This document shows positions 37,165 to 47,889 of a DNA stretch of 64,000 nt, one piece after another. Within the stretch, counting starts at the first letter, position 1. Each line of letters starts with the position of its first letter. The stretch lies in NCBI GenBank assembly GCA_964016885.1, contig OZ024740.1, positions 248,992,001-249,056,000 of the forward strand, read 5' to 3'. Origin of the DNA: Eledone cirrhosa (lineage: Eukaryota). The position numbers were made by a program, and so were the translations under genes. The notes under the pieces are model-generated. The model was not told where the DNA came from. It saw only the letters and a program-made list of their open reading frames with translations, and did no database searches.

Positions 37165-39945
37165 GTGTTCGACCTTCGCCCCTCCCCCATCCCCTCCACC
37201 CCCACCCTCCTTTGCCTCGCCGAGCTGGTCCTCATTCTCAACTGTTTCTCCTTCTCGGGTGAGTTTTACCAACAGGTCACGGGGGTAGCCATGGGTACAA
37301 GAATGGGCCCAAACTATGCCAACCTTTTCGTTGGCCATGTTGAGGCCCAAATCTTTGCCCAGTACACCGGCCCCATGCCTGAACTGTACGGTATCGACGA
37401 CTGTATCGGAGCCACGACCCTCATCCGAGAACAGCTCGACTCCTTTCTCTCCTTCTTCTGCTCCTTCCACCCCTCCCTCCACTTCACCACCTCTATCTCC
37501 ACCACCCACGTCCACTTCTTAGACATCTCCGTCGCCTTCGACCCCTCCCACCACTCCCTCGTCACCTCCGCCTTCTTCAAACCCACCGACTCCCACTCCT
37601 ACCTCGACTTCACCTCTTCCCACCCCACCCACACTAAACTCTCTATTCCCTACTCCCAACTTCTCAGGATCCGCCGCCTCTGTAGCCGAGATGCTGACTT
37701 TGAGTCCCAGGCCCTTTCCCTAGTCAGCCATTTCATCTTCAGAAGTTACCCCCCTCTCTCGTCCACACCGCTCTCACCTGCGCCCGTGCTGTCCACCGCT
37801 CCACCACCCTCACCCCACGCTACCGCCCACCGTCTCCTCTTCCCCATCACCTACCACCCCTCCACCATACCCCTCCACCGCACCATCCTCTGCCTCTTCC
37901 GACGCCTCCAGTCCGACCCCTCCACACCCCACATCTTCCCTGCCCCACCACTCCCCTCCTTCAAACACGCATGCTATCTCCGCACCCTCCTCGTCCACAG
38001 CTCCCCCCAACCCACACTCCCCCCGTTCCCTTCCCTATTCCAGGCCCTGCTGCAACACCTGTCCCCACATCACCAACACCACCACCTTCCAGGGTCCCAA
38101 CAGCCACTCTCTCTGTCCGACATGCCTTCCGCTGCACCTCCTCCAACCTAGTCTACGGACTTCGCTGCACGGAGTGCAGCGCAACTTATGTCGGACAGAC
38201 TGGACGTCGCCTGGCGGACCGGTTTACCGAACACCTCCGAGATATTCGTCTCGGTAGTTCCCCCATCGCCCGCCACTTTGGTGCCCCTGGACATTCCGCA
38301 CACCACCTCACAGTCTGTGGCCTACTCCAATGCCACGGAACACTCTCCTCAGGGTCGAACAACGAACCATCTTCACCCTACAGACCCACACTCCCCCCGG
38401 CCTGAACTCACCACCCTTATTCCTTTAGCCTTCGACCGCCCCTTCCCCCCACACATATCCCCCACTAACACCACTAACACACCCCTCCTTTTCACCGCCC
38501 ACCCCACAACTAACAATACTAACACCTCCACCCCACACCCGACCACCCTTCCCCAACTAACATACTAACATCCCTCCCTTCTTCTCCCCCCTCCCCTTAT
38601 CACACGCACACACCCACCGGTACATATATACACGCGCTCACACTAAACACACACCCTACTACCACCACTAACCCTCACCCCCACACATCCACCCCACCAC
38701 CCTGCAACTAACATCACTAACACCCCCCGACACCACGCACACGAACACACACACCCACTTACACCACCCACTCTACACACCCTACCACCACTGACCCCCA
38801 CTCACACCCGCATTCAACCCTTTCCCCACCTCCAGTATACTAACACCCACTTCACCACACACACACCAGTACACTACACTCCCTCCACCGGCCCCCACAC
38901 CCTTCTCTCCCTGCTCCACCCACACCCTTTCTCACACACACACATCCCACTAACACCTCTACTAATACACACTCACCCCTTCCTCACTCCAACTTTCACA
39001 CCTACCCATCCTCTCCCCTGTCCACCGCACCTCCACACACACTGACACACCGACTTTCTTCACTTACCATTCTCCCCGACTGCTGCTATGCTCTTATCTC
39101 TGACCACCACCCCGCACACACAGACACACAACCCTCCTCCTGCCTAGACCCTCTGACCACTTCCTGTTGCGCGCGCACTCCACATCTCCCCTCTTCCGAC
39201 CAACCACGGATTACACATATTGAACATCGATCCCTAGAATCCACCACATCCCAAGGATATTACCCAGCATTCCACCACATCCTCTACGGAACTACCTTAA
39301 GGACTCACCCACTGACATACACTCAAAAAAATTTTTTTCCCACATGCCACCTACATCCACAACACACATAAACACCACACACACACATGCGTACCACCAC
39401 ATATTTACACACTCAGCCTCCGGAATCCTCTTCCACCACCCCTCTGACCCCTCCCCATCCACACACGCACACACACACACACCGACCTACACCCCACCCC
39501 ACACACACCTCTTCCTGAACATGCAACCCCGTTCTTCCCCCAACTCTTACTTTCACATACACACACACACACGTACACCTACACACACACACCACCTTCA
39601 GCCCTCCCCGCTCAGACACCCCACCTCCCTCTCCCCACTCCACCCGCCACCACCCCTACACGCCCCACACCCTTCCACCACCTGTTTTACTTCATGTTTA
39701 TTTTTATTTTTATTATGCTTTTATATTTAATTTCATTTGTACCGTTTCCTCTCACCCCTTTTTTCTATATGTCTCTCCACCACTCCCCTACACACCCTTG
39801 GAACTCTCTTCCCACACACTTTTCACCTGAAGAAAGGCTTATGCCCGAAACGTCGTTCCCCACCACCACCCCACTCTCAAGAGCGTGAAACTAATAAACC
39901 TTTGTTCGTACTGCCTCTCTGTTTTGTTCCCGTTCAATTTTTTAC
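37165..39945 (+). mobile_element. 5'-truncated Neptune-like Penelope element (RT + GIY-YIG, long C/A-rich 3' region, pLTR)
   Basis: RT motifs GVAMGTRMGPNYANLFVG, YGIDD, FLDI, KPTDSHSYL..SSHP and SIPYSQ.LRIRR. Endonuclease FRCTSSNLVYGLRCTECSATYVGQTGRRLADRFTEH...PIARHF. HHR-like motif at 39821-39890. Confidence 0.9.
39821..39890 (+). ncRNA. Hammerhead-like motif with long loop III and aberrant cleavage triplet
   Basis: tttcac-CUGAAGA-aaggc ttat gccc-GAAA-cgtc...gagc-gtgaaa. Confidence 0.5.
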
Positions 39946-40017
39946 TATATATATATATATATACACAGATATATATATATATATACTGTATATATGTATA
40001 TATGTGTGTATGTATGC

Positions 40018-40050
<33 letters not shown>

Positions 40051-40143
40051 TGTGTGTGTGTATGTGTGTGTGTATGTATGTATGTGTATATATATGTGTG
40101 TGTGTGTATACATATATTTGTATGTGTATATTTATATATATGT

Positions 40144-40175
<32 letters not shown>

Positions 40176-40180
40176 GTCTT

Positions 40181-40220
<40 letters not shown>
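39946..40220. repeat. Compound (TA)n/(TG)n microsatellite
   Basis: Direct reading of the sequence. Confidence 0.95.
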
Positions 40221-40222
<2 letters not shown>

Positions 40223-40343
40223 GAAGGTGAGTTTTATTGTAGCACAATAAAGCAATGCAAATATCGGATAAGTAGCACTCAACAGTTTATAGGACTGGAG
40301 TATAAATAATATAAAATCAAAAGATGGTTAAAAGAGTTGCATG

Positions 40344-40414
40344 TATTTTATTATGCGCATTTCAAAAACAAATATCATCATGGGATGATATTTGCGTTCT
40401 CATCAGATAAAATA
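40344..40414 (-). ncRNA. Minimal type I hammerhead (canonical core)
   Basis: Reverse strand: tattttat-CUGAUGA-gaacgcaaatatcatc ccat gatgatatttgttttt-GAAA-tgcgca-UA-ataaaata. Confidence 0.82.
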
Positions 40415-40495
40415 GGGAGACATTATATGAAGCTTAAAAAATGTTGATTTAACACTCACTGCTCGCAAGTGTTTTTTAAGCTTCGTATGTCTCCC

Positions 40496-40566
40496 TATTT
40501 TATCTGATGAGAATGCAAATATCATCTCATGATGATATTTGTTTTTGAAATGCGCATAATAAAATA
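40496..40566 (+). ncRNA. Minimal type I hammerhead (canonical core, palindromic stem III)
   Basis: tattttat-CUGAUGA-gaatgcaaatatcatc tcat gatgatatttgttttt-GAAA-tgcgca-UA-ataaaata. 8-bp stem I and an 11-bp perfect core in stem II. Confidence 0.85.
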
Positions 40567-40605
40567 CATGCAACTCTTTTAACCATCTTTTGATTTTATA
40601 TTATA

Positions 40606-41520
40606 CTAGCAGAATGGCCCGGCGTTACTCGGGATTTGCCCTAGGGTTCTTATATATTTGATATATATTTATCCTTATTGACCCTCGTGAAATAAATACG
40701 TTTATTTATATTTTGTTATTGTGTATGCAAAAATATCTGTACATGAATATATAATTATATATATATCTACTTATATATATAACCAGCAATTTCTCTGTCT
40801 GTCTGTCCGACAGTGGAAACACGTGCGCGCGTGCGAATGTTTTTTGCACACGCGTAGAGAGAGAGTGAGAGTGAAAGAAAGAGACAGACAGACTACGAGA
40901 GGGAGAGAGAGAGAGTGAATAGACGCTAAAACACGTGCTACAGAAATATTACCTTCCCCTTCCTTTCTCCATTTTGGTACTACCAAGAGAAACACTGTCG
41001 CTATAGAAACATTACCTTCCCCTCTCCACTGACTTTGGTCACTGAGGCCGAGGGAATCGCTGGTTGCTATAGAGACACCTTGCACAAGCCAGAAGTAACC
41101 AGTTCGAGGCGGTTCTGACTTGACACCATGCGAAGAAGGTTGCCATTGAATTTGTGGTTTGAAGAAGGTTGCCATTGAATTTGTGGTTGTTGCTGCTGAT
41201 AATAAAGACCATTTGAAGAAGGTTGCCATTGAATTTGTGGTTGTTGCTGCTGATAATAAGGACCATTTGAAGAAGGTTGCTGCTGATGAGGTAATTTATT
41301 AATCAGATTGCGCAGTTCCATAACCTACGTTTGATTTGTTCAATTTTTTTCTTCAATTTTTTTTTATTTCTTATTGAAAAAATATAAATAATAAAATAAG
41401 GTTAGAAATTTAAATACAATTAAATAAGATTTAATTTCCATTTCCAGCAGCCAATGTCCAGTGTTCAATTTCATGAAAAAATTGGAAATAATTAAAAAAA
41501 TTGAAGTTTAACTTTTGAAC
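40606..41520. mobile_element. Helitron fragments (3' end on minus strand, 5' part on plus strand) with a 54-bp tandem repeat at 41131-41285
   Basis: a|ctagcagaatggcccggcgttactcggg and TCtacttatatatat...gtctgtctgtc. The repeat period is 54 (gaagaagg at 41161, 41215, 41269). Confidence 0.6.
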
Positions 41521-41604
41521 ATTTGTTTTAAATCAACATATCATATGTTGATTTAAAACTTCACTATTCACAAAGTGTTTTTTAACCTTCATATCATGTA
41601 TCCC

Positions 41605-41675
41605 TATTTTATCTGACGAAAACGCAAATGTCATCTCATGATGATATTTGTTTTTGAAATGCGCATAATAAAATA
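41605..41675 (+). ncRNA. Minimal type I hammerhead (third copy)
   Basis: tattttat-CUGACGA-aaacgcaaatgtcatc tcat gatgatatttgttttt-GAAA-tgcgca-UA-ataaaata. Confidence 0.82.
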
Positions 41676-41885
41676 CATGGAACTCTTTTAACCATCTTTT
41701 GATCTTATATTATATATATATATATATGTAGAGGTTATATTTAATTTGTTGGGATACAACAAGCAAAATATTTTTATAACTGATAACAAATTATTGGAGT
41801 AAATATACAATATATTAACAAATGGAAACTATATTTTTAAAACCATATTTATTTCATTATACATATTTCAAGGGCCACCTGAGCA

Positions 41886-41947
41886 AACTTTCTGATGAAA
41901 GCGCACCATAGTTTGCTCAGGTGGCCCTTGAAATATGTATAATGAAA
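41886..41947 (+). ncRNA. Hammerhead motif at the centre of the 41805-41995 fold-back
   Basis: CUGAUGA-aagcgcacc...ggtggccctt-GAAA-tatgta-UA-atgaaa. The 5' strand of stem I is disrupted by the inversion junction. Confidence 0.6.
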
Positions 41948-42515
41948 TAAATATGGTTTTATAAATATAGTTTCCATTTGTTAATATATTGTATTATATA
42001 TATATATTTATTTATTTTCCTGCTCTGTAAAACAACTGATGTTCTTACATTGAGCTATTTCTCTTACTGGTAATAAGGTAGTAGGAAATTACTGACCTTT
42101 CCTGTTTATAGTTGTTTATAGTATATACATAACTATAAATAGTATTATTATTATTATGTATATGTGTATATATGCGTGTGTATATGTATATATGTGTATA
42201 TATGTATATATGTGTGCGTGTGTGTGTGTGTGTAAATGTAACAAAGATAATACGTCAGCAATGACGTGTTTGTCAGAATGTTGTTATCCAGACACCCAGA
42301 CATACAGACAGATATTATAAGGGCTCGACGGAGATCGATAACCGGTGCCTAACTCCCCTTTAACAACAGAAAATTGAAAAATAAAAGCTGCAGTTAGTAT
42401 CTTTAGACCGCAAGGAATATATAAATGCAAGTTTGAAGTCAATCGGAGTAGAAATGTGGATTTGTATAGACTTTGCAAAAATGAGGGGACACACAGACAA
42501 CAACAGTGTTATATG

Positions 42516-42552
<37 letters not shown>

Positions 42553-42644
42553 CCAGACCTATGCTAGCGTGGAAAATGGACGTTAAACGATGATGATGAT
42601 GATGATGATTATATATATATATATATATACTTATATATATATAT

Positions 42645-43430
42645 GGGATAACAAGTTATCGTTATAGGTAATCCAGTTAGAGGTAATCCGGTTAGAGTAC
42701 TCTACGTCGTGGATGGTTTTAACGTACGGCTTTGTTTGACTCAACAAAATGTTTCCATAGTTATGCAGTGGTAATTTCTATGCAGGTTATACTTGGAGTA
42801 AGAAGAGTAACATGGTTGGCTGTACAATAAGGGCTTTATTTAAAGTACTGACAATTGTTTTGTTGATCAGGTGTGTCTAGAGTTCGCTAATCCCTTGAGG
42901 TTGCATCAATCGATCTCCAATACATTGTTTATCACTTGTCAACACATCAGAGCACATAGATATGATAATAATTCACTCGAGGCAAGACTTATATAGAAAA
43001 GTAGCGTAAAACAAAACAATAACATCAATAATAGAGCAGCGTATAATTAGAACAACAACAACATCAATAATAAAACATGTATGGTAAATAGATAGATAAG
43101 TTACAGATGTAAAAAGTGACAAGTAAGATACAATGTAGGGTACATTAAAAAATAATAAGAAGAAGAATAAAATGAGGAAATGGAAAATACAAAGAAATGA
43201 AAGAGTGATATGTTGTACTTAGAGTTAGATGTTAGTAGTTCCTAATAAAGTGTTCCTTGGTGCTAACATGAGAGGCCAGATTTTAGAAGTAGATAAATTT
43301 GTGTGGAGGGTCCAAGTAGAGTTGCCTGAATTCACAGTACACAGGTATACCATGCTCGAATCCAGGCATCTATTCCGTAGTGGCAACTTATCTGGTAATT
43401 TCCACCTACCAGATAAGTGGCCACTAATAT
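42645..43430 (-). mobile_element. Internally deleted PLE related to 19750-23698
   Basis: Reverse translation gives PLRNRCLDSSMVYLCTVNSGNSTW (cf. PLLNRCLEKNIVYSCTINSGSLAW). pLTR similar to 23500-23698. Degenerate HHR at 42845-42955 (CUGAUGU...AAAA-caattg-UC). Confidence 0.7.
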
Positions 43431-43454
43431 ATACTTATATATATATATATATAT

Positions 43455-44411
43455 ACTAAGACGAGATATAACTCGCATCTTCACACTTTCAAAAATCACA
43501 ATCTAGCTAACTCCACTTCTTTATCTACCTACATACACTCTTTGAAAACTAGGAATAGACCATACATACTACAATACACCCCAGAACCCTTAATCTGATT
43601 ATAATAAAGGCAATATACAATCTATAACTATATCTATTTAAATATAATTTTAAAACATTTCTTAAATCTAACCGATGTAATGGAAAGGGAAACCCCATAT
43701 TAACACTCACAACACATCTACATTTAAACATTACCAGAACAATTATCACATTACATCCACCATAAACTCACATATTATCACAATTATCTCGCTACATATA
43801 CATATCTTAATACTATAAACATTTCTGTACTACACAACAGCTTTATTTCTGCTTAAATTGTTTACTTAACTATTTATCTGATCCACACTCAACGTATGCA
43901 TCAACAAAACTTTGTATATATGTATATTACACAAGTTGCTTCAAAATTTTCACTTTACATCCTACCCATGCATTCCTGACTGCTTAATACCCTATTACAC
44001 CTATATTTTGTGATATCTTTGCCATATTGTGCTATATATATATACTTAATACCATTGCTTTCTTTCCATATTATTCTGTATATGCCTAATACCTCTGTAA
44101 TCTTATTGTCTATATGCCTATGTACTAATAATGTCCTCCTTTGTGAGTAACTTTCTTTTATAATTCTTTTATAATCTTTATTATACCCATTGCTGCTGAC
44201 CATAACATCTTCACTCTCTTTAAATATGACACTGTTGATAGCAACAATAATATCAACATATTTTTATGACTGTTCTGTAGAATAGGAGGTTAATTATAAG
44301 TTTAAACTTTGCCAATGCTCCGATGACTCCAAACGGCTGTTTGGAAGAAACGATTGTCAGCAATAAAATGTATCGAACATAGTTTTGATTGTTTTGAACT
44401 TTATACTTATT

Positions 44412-44412
<1 letters not shown>
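43455..44412 (+). mobile_element. PLE-type 3' region/pLTR
   Basis: Non-coding and flanked by TA tracts. Ends with HHR 44316-44362 and aataaa. Confidence 0.55.
44316..44362 (+). ncRNA. Minimal type I hammerhead, core CCGAUGA, GUC site
   Basis: tgct-CCGAUGA-ctccaaac ggct gtttggaa-GAAA-cgattg-UC-agca. Confidence 0.72.
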
Positions 44413-44444
<32 letters not shown>

Positions 44445-44488
44445 TTATTTATATACTGATATATATATTTATTTTTTATATATTTAAG

Positions 44489-44594
44489 GCCAGCCATGGA
44501 TTCATCACTCAACATCGATGGGCAGAAACAATCCGTGCCTTTGTTAACTTGGATGCAGCTGGAGCTGGTGGATGGGAAATAGTGTTCCAGGCTG
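44489..44594 (+). CDS. ERMP1: ERMP1-like exon B (106 bp)
   Basis: ttaag|GCC acceptor, G|gtatga donor. Phase-0 join to exon A gives ...ENMLQ|[35 protein letters not shown](G). Confidence 0.95.
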
Positions 44595-45271
44595 GTATGA
44601 CACTACTATTACTACTATAACCACCACCACCACAACAAAAAACAACAACCATTAATTATTAGCCATTAATATTATGTCTTAGGATAGTGAATTGGCAAAA
44701 TTGTTAGTGTTGGACAAAATGCCTTGTGGTATATATAAGAAACAAGAGTTCAAATCTTGAAGTCAACGTTGTCTTTCATCCTTCTGAGGATTGATATAAT
44801 TGGCTGTTTCTCTCCTCTCACATCTGGCCTTGTGTTATTTTAGAAATTATTATCATTAATTAATTTGGCATTAGAAAGGGCATCCATCCATGGAAACCAT
44901 ACCAAAATATGGAGTAAATCAGCCAGATTCATCTCTCTGACCTGCTTATGAAGGGCTGTGATGACATGTCCAACACATGCTAATATGGAAAATGGGTGTA
45001 ACATAATGATTATGATTCAATAATTTGTTTAAAATTATATTAGGTTGATCATATTCAGTACCAATTAACAGATGTAATAATTTATTTGTACTTGTTTGAC
45101 CATATTATCTATGTTTTTTAGTGTCTTTTAGTCAGGCAAAATAATTACTAGTATTAAAAATTGGACTCTTTAGTACTTCTTTCATTAGACTAATTGAGGA
45201 AACATGTTTATATAGAACAATGATTTTTACTAACTGTTCAGTGTCTTTGTATGTGTGTGCATGTATATATA

Positions 45272-45680
45272 ATCATCATCACCATAATTTTTACGTCCGT
45301 TTTTGCACAGTGGCATGGGTTGGACGGGTCCTTTTCAGCACAGCATCTCTCTGCTTGCCACATTCCTTCATCATCTCCTGTATGAATCTCAGCGATTTGA
45401 GATCAGTTTTTGCCACCTCTGCCCAGGTCTTCCTTGGTCTACCTCTACCGTGGCTTCCTTCCACTGGGATTTCCTGGCGATTCTTCACTCAGCAATCATC
45501 ATCCATGTGCATCACATGTCCGTACCAACGCAGTTTTCTCTCTTGCAAACCACTTCGGATTTTTCTTAAACGCAGCTTCTCCCTTAGTTCATCCAAGCCC
45601 TGCCTTCCTTTCACATTTACATTACATAAAGCATGGTTGCTTCATTTCTCTCCAACCTATAGCTGTGTTCTATGTACCTG
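45272..45680 (-). mobile_element. RTE 3' fragment
   Basis: ORF 45291-45488 contains GRGRPRKTW. (cat)n tail. Confidence 0.8.
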
Positions 45681-46190
45681 AAAGAGAAAGTGGTTGTGCG
45701 ATTGCTTGATGACAGTCAAGGGGTTCTCACATATGGCTACTCTACCCACTTCTACTATGTGCAGCACTAACATGACTAGTGTTAGCCCTGTGTATGCAAT
45801 TAGTGGAAATCATATTGGTCATGCTTTTCATAATTTGGCTGGGGTTTTGTGGCTGGCTGCCCTTCCTATCATCAACCACTTTACAGCGTGGACAGGGAGC
45901 ATTATTTCTACTACCAGCACTAGAGAGTTTGTCTTACCAGACTTAACAGACCTCTCCACTCTGGATCAGTTTTATTTGAAGTGTCTACTCCCCTTAACAG
46001 GTAGCCTTCACTACGGCTTATAGAGCCCACGTCTGCTCTGTGCAGTTGTTTTTGTAAAATTGGAGTCACTGCCTTTCTAGACAGGTTGCCTTCACTATGA
46101 CTTATGGAGTCCACATCTGATTTGTGCAGTTGGTTTTAATTGGAGTCACATATATATATATATATATATCTGTATCTATAGCTATATATA

Positions 46191-47873
46191 TCATCATCAT
46201 TTTACGTCCGCTTTTCCCTGCTTGCAAGGGTGGGACGGGTCCTATTCAGCACAGCATCTCTCCACTTGTCACGGTCCTTCGTCATCTCCTCTGTGAGCTT
46301 TAGCGATCTGAGGTCTGATCTCACCACCTCTGCCCATGTTTTTCGTGGTCTTGCTCTACTGCGTCTTCCTTCTACTGGGATTTCTTGGCACTTCTTTACT
46401 CAGCGGTCATCCTCCATACTATCGCAGTCTACTCTCCTGCACACTACAACTTATCCCTTGCTCAACACAGTTTCTTGCTCAACACATCTATGCTTGGTCA
46501 TTCATGCACATTGACATTGCACATCCAATGGAGCATGCTTGCTTCATTTCTCTCCAGCCGTCGCTTATCCTCTGCAGTTGCTGCCTTTCGTACGCAGGGA
46601 GAAACCCTTCTTTGTCGACAGAGGAAGCAGCTCCCTAAACTTCTTCCAACCCGTCCTTATTCTAAATTCTATGGCCTCAGAACACCCCCCTCCCATTCTA
46701 ATCTGATCACCTAGGTACCAGAAGTTATCAACCACTTCTATAGAAGCCACCTGCATTTGAAAAATGTGACTATCAATGCGACTTCTACAGTCAAATTTTC
46801 CTGAACATCTACTGCATATGTAGTTTTCCCTACCTGTTAGTTTGCCTGCTATCCCACTACATCTGCATTGTGTACATTTATAGAATTCATGCCAGTTCCT
46901 TTTCTACATATCGAACATGACCATTTCTCTGATGGAATCAGAGTTTTCTCCTCTTTCCTATTTTTGTCTTAGCTATGTCCTCTTGATTCCAACTGCTGTT
47001 TCCATAGCCAGAATTTATTCTCTAGCTCCTCTACTGATTCTGCTATAAGAACCAGATTGTCAGCATAGAGAAGTTCCCATGGGCATCCAGTCTTAAACTC
47101 CTCTGTTATGGATTGGAGGACTTTAATGAACAAGAGCGGGCTGCGGACCGAACCCTGATGTACTCCTACTTGTATCTGGAATTTCTCACTAAATTCTATT
47201 CCTACTCTCACTTTACTGACAGCACCTCTGTACATAGCTTGCAAGCCATTCCTCAACACCTAGTTTCCTTAGGTACCACCAGATGACAGATCGGGGTACC
47301 CTATCAAAGGCATTCTCTAGGTCAACAAAAGCTAAGTATAGTGGCTTATTATTGTCTAAGAACCTCTCTTGTAATTGTCTCACTAAGAAGAGAGCATCTG
47401 TTGTACTTTTTCCTGGCACAAAACCAAACTGCATCTCATCTATTTGACCCTTTCTCTAATTAGTTACGCTTATATTCTTTCTGCCACTTTGCTGATCCAT
47501 CAGTTTTATGCCTCTATAATTGCTCCTCTCTAGAGCATCCGCTTTACCTTTGTAGCAATTTATGAGAATACTGCTGCACCAGTCTTTGGGTATGACACCA
47601 CCATATATAGCTTGATTGATGATGCGTGCAACCAGTTTAGTGTCTACCTCTCCTGATGCCTTCAACATTCAGCAACTATCCTCGACGGTCCAGCGGCCTT
47701 ACCATTTTTCATTTCCTTAATTGCCTCTTGGACCCTATATTTGTCAATCTCAATAGGTGCTCCCTATGTAGGGTCTACTGGGGGTAATTTCTCTCTCTCC
47801 CGTTCTCCACATTCAGTCTCTCATAATGACATTTCCAGGCCTCCTTTTTCTGATCATTAGTGACACTAAGTAC
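46191..47873 (-). mobile_element. RTE family C copy, truncated and decayed
   Basis: RT fragments 47456-47668, 47213-47434, 46969-47259 and 46565-46756. Colinear with 10822-12470. Confidence 0.9.
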
Positions 47874-47889
47874 ATATATATATATATAA

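Larger units (their letters stand above)
40306..40604. repeat. ~300-bp fold-back of a hammerhead-containing pLTR; direct copy at 41545-41713
   Basis: 40306-40441 is the reverse complement of 40472-40604. Confidence 0.88.
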
